Assembly (NCBI GenBank): GCA_020852715.1
Contig: JADZAE010000034.1
Location: 192,965 to 256,964, forward strand
Direction of reading: 5' to 3'
Source: Deltaproteobacteria bacterium
Lineage (GTDB): Bacteria; Bdellovibrionota_C; UBA2361; SZUA-149; JADZAE01
DNA length: 64,000 bases
The notes below the pieces were generated by a model. It was not told where the DNA came from. It did not search any database and saw only the letters and a program-made list of their open reading frames with translations. Shown piece after piece: positions 31,097 to 40,272 of this stretch (within the stretch, counting starts at the first letter, position 1; every line of letters begins with the position of its first letter). Position numbers and translations under genes: made by a program.

Positions 31097-33394
31097 ATGA
31101 AAGAGGTGCGTGACATGAGTATCGGAAAAAAATATTTATTGACCTTAACTGCTTTTGTCTTGCTTACCGGCATGGCATCGGCAAGCGTCGAGGTTGCTAA
31201 TAAAGGCATCGCCAGCGATAGCCTCACCGTTTCCACAGATTTTGATGGTGACGGCAAGGGAGATCTCTTTGCTTACGATCCTTCCATTGGTAAATTTTAT
31301 GTTCGCCGCAGTAGTAATAAAACTGTTGGTAGTTTTATTTTAGGCGGAAAAGGTCTAACCCCGACATTGGGCGATTTTAATGGCGATGGTCGTGGGGATT
31401 TGGCTGTATTTAGCCGCACTTCGGGGAGATGGATAGTGCGTCTCACCGGCATTGCATCATACCGCCTTACTTTAGGGTCACGTGGCGATTATCCGGTTCC
31501 CGGTGACTATTTGGGATTAGGGTGCACTCAATTGGCGACTTATAACCTTAGACGAGGCCGTTGGACCATTGGCAGCTGCGTTAATCCCTCTAGCTCACTA
31601 CAAGTTAAAGCAGCCGCGCCGACAACTGTCACTTTCGGTGGCTCGGCTGGCGGATTGATGGCTGTTCCCTCTGACTATGACTGCGATGGTAGAACGGATC
31701 TCGCGGTTTTTAATCGTTATACCGCTCGCTGGACAATAAAAAAATCCTCGAACAGCGCGACTATATCTTTTAGATACGGGGCAATCGGAGACATGCCTGT
31801 TCCTGCTGATTATCGAGCACAGGGATGCACTCAGGCTGCGGTTTATAAACTTAATACTAACCGTTTTTACGTCTGCAAGGACTGCCGCAACGGAGTAACC
31901 GGCACATCTTATCGCAGCGTTCAGTGGGGATTGTTAGGGGATAGACCGGTATTAGCTAATCCCGATGGAACTCCCGGAGCGAATTACATAGTTTATCGCC
32001 CAAAAGAGCAGAGATTTTATAACTATAGATCGACTAATCCGATGATCATTAGCTCGGCAGCCACTGCCTTAAGCGGTATGCCTGCTAGTTTATTGCCCGT
32101 GTCCCCTCTGCATGTTCTTAATTCCTACCAAAAGGGAGACTATAACCGAGATGGGTTAAGCGATTTTGCCACCGCTGAAGGAAATGACAGTTCGGCGACC
32201 TGGAAAGTCCGCTACAGCATCGACCTAGCTAATCAGCGTAGTGCCATTGTCGCCGCTAAAGGCGATGCCTTGGTCCCTGCTGACTATGATGGTGATGGAG
32301 TAGTTCAGCCGGCCACGGTTACAGCGATTAGTGCTGATGTAATTCGTTGGCGCATTAAGAACCCTTCGGGAAGCGATACAGTTGTCGATTACGGGAAAAA
32401 CGGGGATAAGCCGCTGCCTGGAGATTTCGACTGCGACGGCAAAGCTGATTTGGCCGTTGTGCGCAAGAAAGACGGGATTTTCCTTTTCTGGTATATGCAG
32501 CTTTCTAGTGGCACGAACATCAACGATAAGCTTTTCGGCTTAAATGCTGATTTGCCATTTGTCGGTGATGTTGACGGGGATGGTTGCACAGAAATGGTTG
32601 TCGCTCGTCCGACAGGCACTACTGTTGAATGGTATTATAAGGATATCTACAACAGCACACATAAGATGCTTAGCTGGGGACTACCGACAGACACCGTATT
32701 ATCACCGATGGATATGAACGGAGATAACATCGATGACTTCATTGTCCAACGTGATGTGAACGGAGCTAATGTTGTTTATGTGCGTTATTCACGCTTAGAT
32801 AAGAATAGCTTAAGCTACCCGAACTTCCCTTGGAAGGCGATTAACTTCGGCTTAACAGGCGATGTCACAGCAGTCGGTAACTATGATGGCCCCGGACGTG
32901 CGGAAGTAGCAGTATATCGTCGCAGCACTCCGGCGTACTACTGGAATAAATATCGCTCGCAAACAGTTGTCGTCCCACACGGTGCAGCAACAGACAAAGT
33001 AATTAGACCTGACGGCACTGTTGTTTTACCAGGCGAGACGCCGGGCGGTGGTAGCAATCGTTGCGATGTGAACAAAAGCCCCTATGACGGTGCAAGCAAT
33101 GGTTTTACTTGGAAACCTCATGCCGAGGGAGGAGCTTACGGTGGTCATCCGACCGTCCTTATTCCTTCCGGTTATAGCAGCGTTCGCGAGTTAACATTGT
33201 TATCCTCAAGTGGCGAAGAATTACCTGGTCAACCAAAATTCCGTTACATCCGTCCGGAAGATGGTAGGCCAACGTTCGATAACCCAATGAGCGCAAGCGA
33301 TATGCAAGACTATGCACCGATAACCGTGCTCTTCAATTATGGTGGCAGTAATGTCTGCTACGAAATTGATGATCCGTCGGACCGCCACGACTAA
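31097..33394 (+). CDS. Secreted FG-GAP-like (integrin-alpha-type beta-propeller) repeat protein
   Basis: Signal peptide. About 11 repeats of GDFDGDGKGDLFAY / GDFNGDGRGDLAVF / SDYDCDGRTDLAVF type. Paralogous to the C-terminal parts of ORFs 22729-25572 and 25788-26873. Confidence 0.7.
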   Translation: MKEVRDMSIGKKYLLTLTAFVLLTGMASASVEVANKGIASDSLTVSTDFDGDGKGDLFAYDPSIGKFYVRRSSNKTVGSFILGGKGLTPTLGDFNGDGRGDLAVFSRTSGRWIVRLTGIASYRLTLGSRGDYPVPGDYLGLGCTQLATYNLRRGRWTIGSCVNPSSSLQVKAAAPTTVTFGGSAGGLMAVPSDYDCDGRTDLAVFNRYTARWTIKKSSNSATISFRYGAIGDMPVPADYRAQGCTQAAVYKLNTNRFYVCKDCRNGVTGTSYRSVQWGLLGDRPVLANPDGTPGANYIVYRPKEQRFYNYRSTNPMIISSAATALSGMPASLLPVSPLHVLNSYQKGDYNRDGLSDFATAEGNDSSATWKVRYSIDLANQRSAIVAAKGDALVPADYDGDGVVQPATVTAISADVIRWRIKNPSGSDTVVDYGKNGDKPLPGDFDCDGKADLAVVRKKDGIFLFWYMQLSSGTNINDKLFGLNADLPFVGDVDGDGCTEMVVARPTGTTVEWYYKDIYNSTHKMLSWGLPTDTVLSPMDMNGDNIDDFIVQRDVNGANVVYVRYSRLDKNSLSYPNFPWKAINFGLTGDVTAVGNYDGPGRAEVAVYRRSTPAYYWNKYRSQTVVVPHGAATDKVIRPDGTVVLPGETPGGGSNRCDVNKSPYDGASNGFTWKPHAEGGAYGGHPTVLIPSGYSSVRELTLLSSSGEELPGQPKFRYIRPEDGRPTFDNPMSASDMQDYAPITVLFNYGGSNVCYEIDDPSDRHD

Positions 33395-33402
33395 CAATCG
33401 AA

Positions 33403-33433
33403 GGCGGCTGGCGAAAGTCAGCCGCCTTTTTTT
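33403..33433 (+). terminator. Rho-independent terminator
   Basis: GGCGGCTG-gcgaaagt-CAGCCGCC followed by TTTTTTT, 9 nt after the FG-GAP gene stop. Confidence 0.75.
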
Positions 33434-33497
33434 ATTTCCACAAATCGACATAGAGCAAAAAAGAGATTCTGCGTATTTCTTCGTAGGGGCGACCGCC

Positions 33498-34022
33498 GCT
33501 GAGTCTTATACACAAGTCCATCAAATGCGTTACTTTATAGCAGCACGCGTAAGCGCCATTGGCTTATGGAAATGCCGCGTGCGTAATGGAACGCGCGGCA
33601 TGATCTGGAGGCTGCAGGCCGGAAGATCTGACGCGCCAGCGTTGGAAATGCCGGCGATGGTGTGCGGCGAAATGGATAAGCCTTCTCTCGGTAGAAAATT
33701 TAATTAAATAACGCTATTATAAAAATATTTGATTAGTCACTGCCGTTTCCTTATCGGAAACGGCTAAATATGTGAAGGCTTATTCTTCGCCTCCATGATT
33801 TTGCTACGCAAAATCCGCCCCGATGGGGCTTAGTTTCATTTTGCCCATAGATAAGCTATCCATGGCTTGTTTATTGGTATTTACGGAAGCGAATCGGGGT
33901 TACGCTTCCGCAAAAAGCATCCTTGCTTTTCTTTATACCGTACACAAAACTTAATTACTTAGTAATATACCGTTCAAGGTCTTTGCTTCAACTTACTTCT
34001 TGCGTACGGCATAAGACTCAGC
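33498..34022. mobile_element. MITE-like non-autonomous element with IS50/Tn5 outside-end-like terminal inverted repeats
   Basis: Left end GCTGAGTCTTATACACAAGT has 18/19 identity to my recollection of Tn5 OE CTGACTCTTATACACAAGT. Right end in inverse orientation is acttcttgcgtacggcataagactcagc. Interior has no intact ORF. It carries a remnant ...GATCTGGAGGCTGCAGGCCGGAAGATCTGA that translates to DLEAAGRKI*, resembling the Tn5 Tnp C-terminus DLMAQGIKI*. Confidence 0.55.
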
Positions 34023-34048
34023 AAAAGCTTCGGGCCTTCTCTTTATGA

Positions 34049-36409
34049 TCAGAACTCGTCGCTTTGTAAGTAATCGTTAGGAATTTTAACCTCAGGCGCA
34101 TCAGTGTTAGGCTCAGTCCCGGATTTAAAATATTCGACAAAAGCATCATCGGCATTCGAGGCCGTGCCCGAATTTAAATCGATACGCACAGGATTAACAC
34201 CCTCAGGGGGAACAAAATCCTGAGGTACATCATTAGCTAAAAACTTCTCCATAAAGTGTAAGAAAATAGGCGCAGAGACTCTACCGCCTGTTTCTTTATC
34301 GCCAATGGATTTTTTAGTATCGAAACCAACCCAAACCGCGCCCACCCACTCTGGCGTGTAACCGATAAACCAAGCGTCCATTTGCTCATTAGTTGTTCCG
34401 GTTTTCCCGGCGACGGGGTGGCCAAGCTTTTTCACGACAGTAGCTGTTCCCCGCTCAACCACACCTTTCATCATGTTGGCCATAATAAAAGCGGTATCAT
34501 CGGGAATAACTCGCACTTGCTTAGGTTGCTGCTCATAGACAACCTTGCCCTGACGATCGACGATTTTGCTGATGACTATTCTTTCCGCAAGCCAGCCACG
34601 CGCAGCAAAAACGCCGTAAGCACTAGCTAACTCTATGGGCTTCACTTCGGCAGTACCCAGCGAAATAGACATATCTCGACCAATTGGTGTGCTAATACCA
34701 AATTTACGCGCCAAAGAGATAATCCTATCTATTCCAATTCGCTGCAGTAAATGTACGGACACGACGTTACGCGATCTCTGCAGCGCTGTGCGTATCGTAA
34801 TTGGGCCTAAAAACTCGCGGTCATAATTTTGCGGCGACCAGAGTTCACCATTTCCCGCTGTGAGACTAATAGGAGAATCGGGAACCATAGTCGTCGGAGT
34901 GTAATTTAAGTATTCAACGGCCGCGGTATAAATAATCGGCTTAAAAGACGATCCCGGTTGGCGCAGAGCTTGCGTAGCACGATTAAAGTTACTGCGATCA
35001 AAACTGTACCCACCAACTACAACTTTAACCTGCCCGGTCAAAGGATCAAGTAAGATAAAAGCCCCTTCAATATCCGGCGTTTGATCAAGTTTGAGCTTAG
35101 CTTCCTGTTTAAGATCGCTAAACACTTGCGCCTTTTCCAGCTCAGAATCCAAAACTACATCTATCCAAGAATCAGGCTTAATGGTCCTAAGTAGATCGGA
35201 AGCAATGATGTGATCCTCCGGCGTTCGCAAGCGATTAGCCCATGTGGCTTTCTTCAAATTAACCACTCCCATAACTTCGCCAATGCGGACTCTGGCCATA
35301 GCTGTCTTGGCGTTTATTTCCAAAACTTTTGCCGGGTAAACCTCTTCGGCAAAGAGATGATCAGTGCGTTCCCACTTATCCTCTGAAAAATTGGAGTAAT
35401 GCTGTTCAGGAGTAAACGTTCCGCGCCAGCCGCGGCGTTTATCTAATTCTCTCAACCCCTTTCTTAACTCTAACTGAGCAATGTCATAAGCATCGACATT
35501 AGCTTCGGTATGAATAGTAAATCCTCCAGGGTTTCCGGCTGTCCAAGTAGGGTTCACTGATTTTAACCGCTCATCAAGCTCCTGGAGCACATACTGGGCA
35601 TAGTAAGGAGCCGCATAAATCGTTTGAAAATCTGGCGCCTGCGCTTCTACTTTTTCCGCTAGTGCTTTTTGCATTTGTTCATCGGTAATCATCTCGTTTT
35701 TACGCATCTGTTCTAGCACATAAACACGCCGTGCTTCGGAGTCCTTGCGATGACTTTTACTGGCTAAATAACTTGGCCGAGGTGGCAGTCCGGCTAGAAA
35801 AGCTATCTCTCCCAAAGATAGATCCTTCAATTCTTTGCGAAAATGCATCCAGGCAGCAGCTTTCACTCCATAAGCGTTAGCACCAAGGAAAATTTCATTA
35901 AGATAGATAGAAAATATTTCGTCTTTGCTTAGAGCATTTTCAATGCGATAAGAAAGGATTGCTTCCTTTAATTTGCGCTCATATGTCTTTTCTCTCGTTA
36001 AAAGTAGAGATTTAACAATCTGCTGCGTAATCGTAGACGCCCCTTGCTTACTTGCCTTGTTCCGAAAATTTTTATAGGCAGCGCGCATAATACTCATCAA
36101 ATCGATACCCGGATGCTTGTAGAAATTAGCATCTTCGGCCGCAAGAAATGCGTTTTTTACCGCTTGAGGAATTTCGTCGAATTTTACCGGCAGACGAAAA
36201 TCTTCCCAGGCTTTAGCAATTAAAGTTCCATCATCCGCTACTATACTGCTCACTGCTTTAGGCTGATAGTCGCTAACCTTCTCAATACGTGGCAGATCTC
36301 TGGTGATACGAATATAGAAATAGGCGACACCGAGCCCACCGAGAGCAACAACGATTAGCAAAAATATTGAGAAAATAATGAATCCGATCTTGGCAACTTT
36401 TCTAAGCAT
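34049..36409 (-). CDS. mrcA: Penicillin-binding protein 1A (bifunctional transglycosylase/transpeptidase)
   Basis: N-terminal TM. GT51 motifs EDANFYKHPGID, QGASTITQQIVK and RKLKEAIL. Transpeptidase SSFKP (SxxK). 786 aa. Confidence 0.9.
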   Translation of the reverse strand: MLRKVAKIGFIIFSIFLLIVVALGGLGVAYFYIRITRDLPRIEKVSDYQPKAVSSIVADDGTLIAKAWEDFRLPVKFDEIPQAVKNAFLAAEDANFYKHPGIDLMSIMRAAYKNFRNKASKQGASTITQQIVKSLLLTREKTYERKLKEAILSYRIENALSKDEIFSIYLNEIFLGANAYGVKAAAWMHFRKELKDLSLGEIAFLAGLPPRPSYLASKSHRKDSEARRVYVLEQMRKNEMITDEQMQKALAEKVEAQAPDFQTIYAAPYYAQYVLQELDERLKSVNPTWTAGNPGGFTIHTEANVDAYDIAQLELRKGLRELDKRRGWRGTFTPEQHYSNFSEDKWERTDHLFAEEVYPAKVLEINAKTAMARVRIGEVMGVVNLKKATWANRLRTPEDHIIASDLLRTIKPDSWIDVVLDSELEKAQVFSDLKQEAKLKLDQTPDIEGAFILLDPLTGQVKVVVGGYSFDRSNFNRATQALRQPGSSFKPIIYTAAVEYLNYTPTTMVPDSPISLTAGNGELWSPQNYDREFLGPITIRTALQRSRNVVSVHLLQRIGIDRIISLARKFGISTPIGRDMSISLGTAEVKPIELASAYGVFAARGWLAERIVISKIVDRQGKVVYEQQPKQVRVIPDDTAFIMANMMKGVVERGTATVVKKLGHPVAGKTGTTNEQMDAWFIGYTPEWVGAVWVGFDTKKSIGDKETGGRVSAPIFLHFMEKFLANDVPQDFVPPEGVNPVRIDLNSGTASNADDAFVEYFKSGTEPNTDAPEVKIPNDYLQSDEF

Positions 36410-36412
36410 TAC

Positions 36413-37870
36413 TTATTTATTAAAAAAATAACTGTTTTCTCTAACCAATGTTCCCAGCTGCAAAGCATCCACTATCCCATATACATCTCCCGTCTTCGGG
36501 CTGTGAACAAACACATAATAAGGAGGAATATCTTGCGGGCTGACATTGCCTTCCTGCTTTTGCACTTGCCCGCCAATAACCAAACGCCAATATTCAGCAC
36601 CACCTTTTTGGGCACACTCTATAGTAAAGGCCGGCGTTTCGATTTTCTCTTTCATGTCCGTTGGTAAATAAAACATGACTTGCAAAGTTTTTAGCTGATC
36701 CAAAAAATAATTTATCGCCTGAGAATTAACTTTTTTATCCGCATCTGCCACGCTCCAAATTCCGGCGCTATCAAGTTTAAAGTTTAACGCTCCTTGTGGT
36801 GAGACAACATCAAGTCTCCCTAACTGAGTAGGATCCAGATCAGCAAATGCTTTGTGTAACAGATACTCCCGGGCTTCTTTGGTAAAGGCTTGCTGCAATG
36901 GCGACGACATTTTATAAACCCAAGGCTCAGATTCAAGCTTGGTATAATAATCGGTTTCGTATTCGATTTTACTTAAATCCAGCTTCTCTTTGTTTTCCAT
37001 TTTTTCCAAAACCTTAGGACGCTTAACTGCCCCAAACAAAAAGCGCAGTGCGGACTGCTTAGCATCAGTAAAACGAAACTCAATGGCGAAATCAGCAGGC
37101 TCAAGATTAAAAACTGCCTTTTTTTCCATGGCGATATCCATAAATTTTTCCACTTGAAAAGAGCCGAGTGCCCTGATCGCGTCTTCCACCACTGAGGCAT
37201 CGGCTATTACCTCTCCCTGCGGAGAATAAAACTTCCAGTTACCTGTAGCTTCCTTAACAAATTGCGTTGCCGGACGACCAAAGGGCGTAACAATAACTTC
37301 TTTCACTTCGGCTTTGGGAAGAACATAGGGCGTGGTCTGTCTTATCGCTCCCGGAAGCAAGTCAAAAGCTCTGTGCGTCAAACCATCTATTAAATAAAGA
37401 TTATCATCTCCACTAATTTCCATGTAACGCCTACCGCTGATGAAATTGAGCGCGCCAAAATTTAGTTTCTTCTCACTTTTACCACTACTCAAGATTACGG
37501 TTAGCTCCGGCGGATTTAGCCCATAATTCTGCATATCATCTTTCTTATCGGCAGCCGGAATGCGGGCGGAAATCTTGAGGCTATTAGCAGCCAACAGCAG
37601 CTTTTCTACCGCTTTAGCATCGGTTGGTGCACCGGGAGGATCCATTAGAACCCAGTGATTACCTAGTCGATCGGGCTTATCTGCTTTTTTAATAGCAAAA
37701 TATTCGTCTTTGCGCTGAAAGCTGACAAGGTTAATTTTATCTGCCTCTAAAACTTGAACCGGGCCGCTGCTCAGCTCATTTGCCTGGTTTATCGGCCGCT
37801 CATACGCCCAGTAATAAGCGAGGCCAAAAGCAAGTAGCACCAGCATAATTAAAGCATTGGATAATTTCAT
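36413..37870 (-). CDS. DUF4340-like periplasmic protein associated with a GldG-type ABC system
   Basis: N-terminal TM/signal. 485 aa. Its conserved position downstream of a GldG-like gene supports the assignment; no motif was seen directly in the sequence. Confidence 0.5.
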   Translation of the reverse strand: MKLSNALIMLVLLAFGLAYYWAYERPINQANELSSGPVQVLEADKINLVSFQRKDEYFAIKKADKPDRLGNHWVLMDPPGAPTDAKAVEKLLLAANSLKISARIPAADKKDDMQNYGLNPPELTVILSSGKSEKKLNFGALNFISGRRYMEISGDDNLYLIDGLTHRAFDLLPGAIRQTTPYVLPKAEVKEVIVTPFGRPATQFVKEATGNWKFYSPQGEVIADASVVEDAIRALGSFQVEKFMDIAMEKKAVFNLEPADFAIEFRFTDAKQSALRFLFGAVKRPKVLEKMENKEKLDLSKIEYETDYYTKLESEPWVYKMSSPLQQAFTKEAREYLLHKAFADLDPTQLGRLDVVSPQGALNFKLDSAGIWSVADADKKVNSQAINYFLDQLKTLQVMFYLPTDMKEKIETPAFTIECAQKGGAEYWRLVIGGQVQKQEGNVSPQDIPPYYVFVHSPKTGDVYGIVDALQLGTLVRENSYFFNK

Positions 37871-37874
37871 AGCT

Positions 37875-39470
37875 TCAGTCTTTTGACTTTCTTAACCACC
37901 AAATGGCCAGGCCCACCAATAGTAATAATTCCGGCACATAAATACCGCCGAACAAAAATAGAGCTCTAAACTCAGCTTCACTGATTGCCTTTGTCGAGCG
38001 GCGCATTGAACCGGCACGAATGGTCACAGCATCACCATCTCCCACTACCCAATTAAGCGAGTTAAGAAAAAAGTCTTGGTTAAATAACTTACGAATGGTT
38101 TGGTTATTCACAAATTCAGCATTACCGAAAACGACAACGCGCGTTTCTTTCGCGGTTGTTTGCTCTGTCCCCTCAGGCTGCGGAAACACTCTTTGAAAAG
38201 TGCTGACTACAGAAACCGGTCCGGCTATGTCTTCTTTGTCCTGCTGCGCTTGGGGATTATCACTAAATAGTAGCGCCAAGTTAGTCTCGGCCCAGCTATT
38301 TTTGCCGGTAAGTGCCAAGTCCACTACGCGCCCGCCAGCAACCACTTTCCCTGTTTTTTGTACAGAAGAAGTCAGTCCGAAAATCGCACCATCTTTTGGT
38401 CGCTCCTTGGTGATATCATGCGCCGCAAAAGCCGTAATCATCGGCGATACCCCCAGGCTAGCACCAGAAAAGATTTGCACTATCGGCTCAACGATTATGT
38501 CTTTGCCAATTTCAATACCTAGCGGCTTAACCAAGCGGACAATATCGTCACTGGATTTGGGTTGATGGAGAAATACCATGCGCCCACCGGCAGCCAAATA
38601 ACTCTCAATTGCCTGAAACTCGGTTGGCAACAACTCCTTTTGCGGGCTAGCCAGAATCACGGCAGCAGCATCGGCGGGAATATTGGCGCTGTTACCAATA
38701 TTTAAATCCTTTACTTCATAATTTTCGCCGGCAATGGCGTCTTTCAGAAAGAGATAACCGCTTGCTGCTTTCTCATCCAGCGACGGTTCCCCATGACCGC
38801 TGATGTAATAAATAGGCCGTGCTTTACCACGACTAAGACGGATAATGGCGTTTACTATGTCTTCCTCTTTAAAATCACGAACGAGTTTGGTATCTTTGCT
38901 TTTCTTCTCCCCATCAGGCACTTGGTAACTTAAATGCAAAGTTCTGTTCTCACTGACTCCATATTTTTCCACCAGTGAAGGCTGCTTCTCCGGATCAATA
39001 ACTTGAAAAGAAATAAGACTTGATTGTCTAACTAAGCGTTTAATTAAATCTTCTGTCTTGGGATCATCTACTTTTCCACCCAAATAAAAGGCCCGAATCT
39101 CCAGCGGTGCTGATAGCTTAGCTAAAACATCTATTGTCTGGGGTGCTAAAGTGTAGATTTTTTGCTCAGTGCTATCAAAGCGAAAAAGCTCATGTTTTTG
39201 CGACATATAATTAACAACAATCAGCACGCCGACAAAAAGTAGGGTATAGATAAAAACTGTTAAACTAAAGCTAGCAAGCCGCTTGACGGCGCTGGAACGT
39301 AAGCTTCCCGTACCACCGCCGAGTAAAAAAAGCAGGATAAATATCACTCCCAGCCCTAAATGCGTTAGCGCGATAGTGTAGCTTTCATTGGAAATGATTC
39401 CGGCACAGATCAGACCAAAAGCAATGAGCACAAGACCGGCAATTCCTGAATATTGATAGTTGCGTTTCAT
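37875..39470 (-). CDS. GldG-like ABC-transporter accessory protein
   Basis: 531 aa with N-terminal TM helices and a single C-terminal TM (VPELLLLVGLAIWWLRKSKD), matching GldG topology. Adjacent to an ABC-2 permease and ATPase. Confidence 0.6.
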   Translation of the reverse strand: MKRNYQYSGIAGLVLIAFGLICAGIISNESYTIALTHLGLGVIFILLFLLGGGTGSLRSSAVKRLASFSLTVFIYTLLFVGVLIVVNYMSQKHELFRFDSTEQKIYTLAPQTIDVLAKLSAPLEIRAFYLGGKVDDPKTEDLIKRLVRQSSLISFQVIDPEKQPSLVEKYGVSENRTLHLSYQVPDGEKKSKDTKLVRDFKEEDIVNAIIRLSRGKARPIYYISGHGEPSLDEKAASGYLFLKDAIAGENYEVKDLNIGNSANIPADAAAVILASPQKELLPTEFQAIESYLAAGGRMVFLHQPKSSDDIVRLVKPLGIEIGKDIIVEPIVQIFSGASLGVSPMITAFAAHDITKERPKDGAIFGLTSSVQKTGKVVAGGRVVDLALTGKNSWAETNLALLFSDNPQAQQDKEDIAGPVSVVSTFQRVFPQPEGTEQTTAKETRVVVFGNAEFVNNQTIRKLFNQDFFLNSLNWVVGDGDAVTIRAGSMRRSTKAISEAEFRALFLFGGIYVPELLLLVGLAIWWLRKSKD

Positions 39471-39498
39471 AACTTTAACTTATTAGGCAGTTAATAAT

Positions 39499-40260
39499 CT
39501 ATTGTCTCCAGCGTTGGGCATCAAGCGCACGGTTGGCGATAAAAGCGCCAACTAACATTAAGCTAAGAAAGTAAATAACATCAATGCTCGATAATACCCC
39601 TTTCAAGAAACCAACAGTATGACTAGTCGGGGCAAGATAACGAAGAAACTCTCCGATCACTGTTGGCAGCTTAGTAGCTGGAGCATCAACAACATAAAAT
39701 AAAAGCAGCAATATCAAGCTAACTACCCCGGAAATAACCTGCGAACTAGTAAATGCGGAAACGGCTACGCCCAAAAAGGTAAAGGCGATGGCGAAAAGGA
39801 CTACACCTAAAAATCCGATCAGCACAGGCAAAACTTCAGGGTCAGAAAAGATAATCAAAAGTAAGCTATAGGTAAAGGAAGTTAGGAGCATGAGCACGAC
39901 AATCACCGCTGTCCCTAGTAATTTTCCCCACACCAGCTGAGCAACTGAAATCGGCGAGGTCATTAGAAGTTCAAAAGTGCCATTTTTCTTTTCCTCAGCC
40001 AAGCTACGCATGGTCAGAATGGGAATTAAAAATAACAAAATCACCTCCAGCGTCTGATAGTAAGGTATGATCACCCACTCATTAAGATTGGGCGAAATGT
40101 TACGCATCATAGAAGCTTGAGCCAGCACAGCATTAAACTGCTGCAGCAAACTAAAAAAGAAAAATCCTGAGACGACAAGAAAGCCGGCGCAAATAATATA
40201 AACCAGCGGTGTAACAAAACTACTACGAATCTCTTTTGCTGCAATTCTTAAAATAACCAT
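39499..40260 (-). CDS. ABC-2 family permease (GldF-like)
   Basis: 253 aa with six hydrophobic segments. Lies between the ABC ATPase and the GldG-like gene. Confidence 0.7.
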   Translation of the reverse strand: MVILRIAAKEIRSSFVTPLVYIICAGFLVVSGFFFFSLLQQFNAVLAQASMMRNISPNLNEWVIIPYYQTLEVILLFLIPILTMRSLAEEKKNGTFELLMTSPISVAQLVWGKLLGTAVIVVLMLLTSFTYSLLLIIFSDPEVLPVLIGFLGVVLFAIAFTFLGVAVSAFTSSQVISGVVSLILLLLFYVVDAPATKLPTVIGEFLRYLAPTSHTVGFLKGVLSSIDVIYFLSLMLVGAFIANRALDAQRWRQ

Positions 40261-40272
40261 TGTTATTTACCC

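Noticed and set aside
33498-33517. Possibility that the Tn5-like end is a Nextera/transposase library artefact
   Set aside because: The match is to the outside end (OE), not the mosaic end used in tagmentation kits. Copies differ from each other by about 10%. The end also occurs in variant forms with insertions (cttat..accgtacacaagaagt), consistent with genuine genomic repeats.
33339-33707. 122-aa ORF, and the similar 100-aa ORF at 51314-51616, sharing a peptide
   Set aside because: Both run through copies of the IS50-like repeat and cross its boundaries. Similarity is due to repeated DNA, not a conserved protein. Only the last about 9 codons resemble a transposase.
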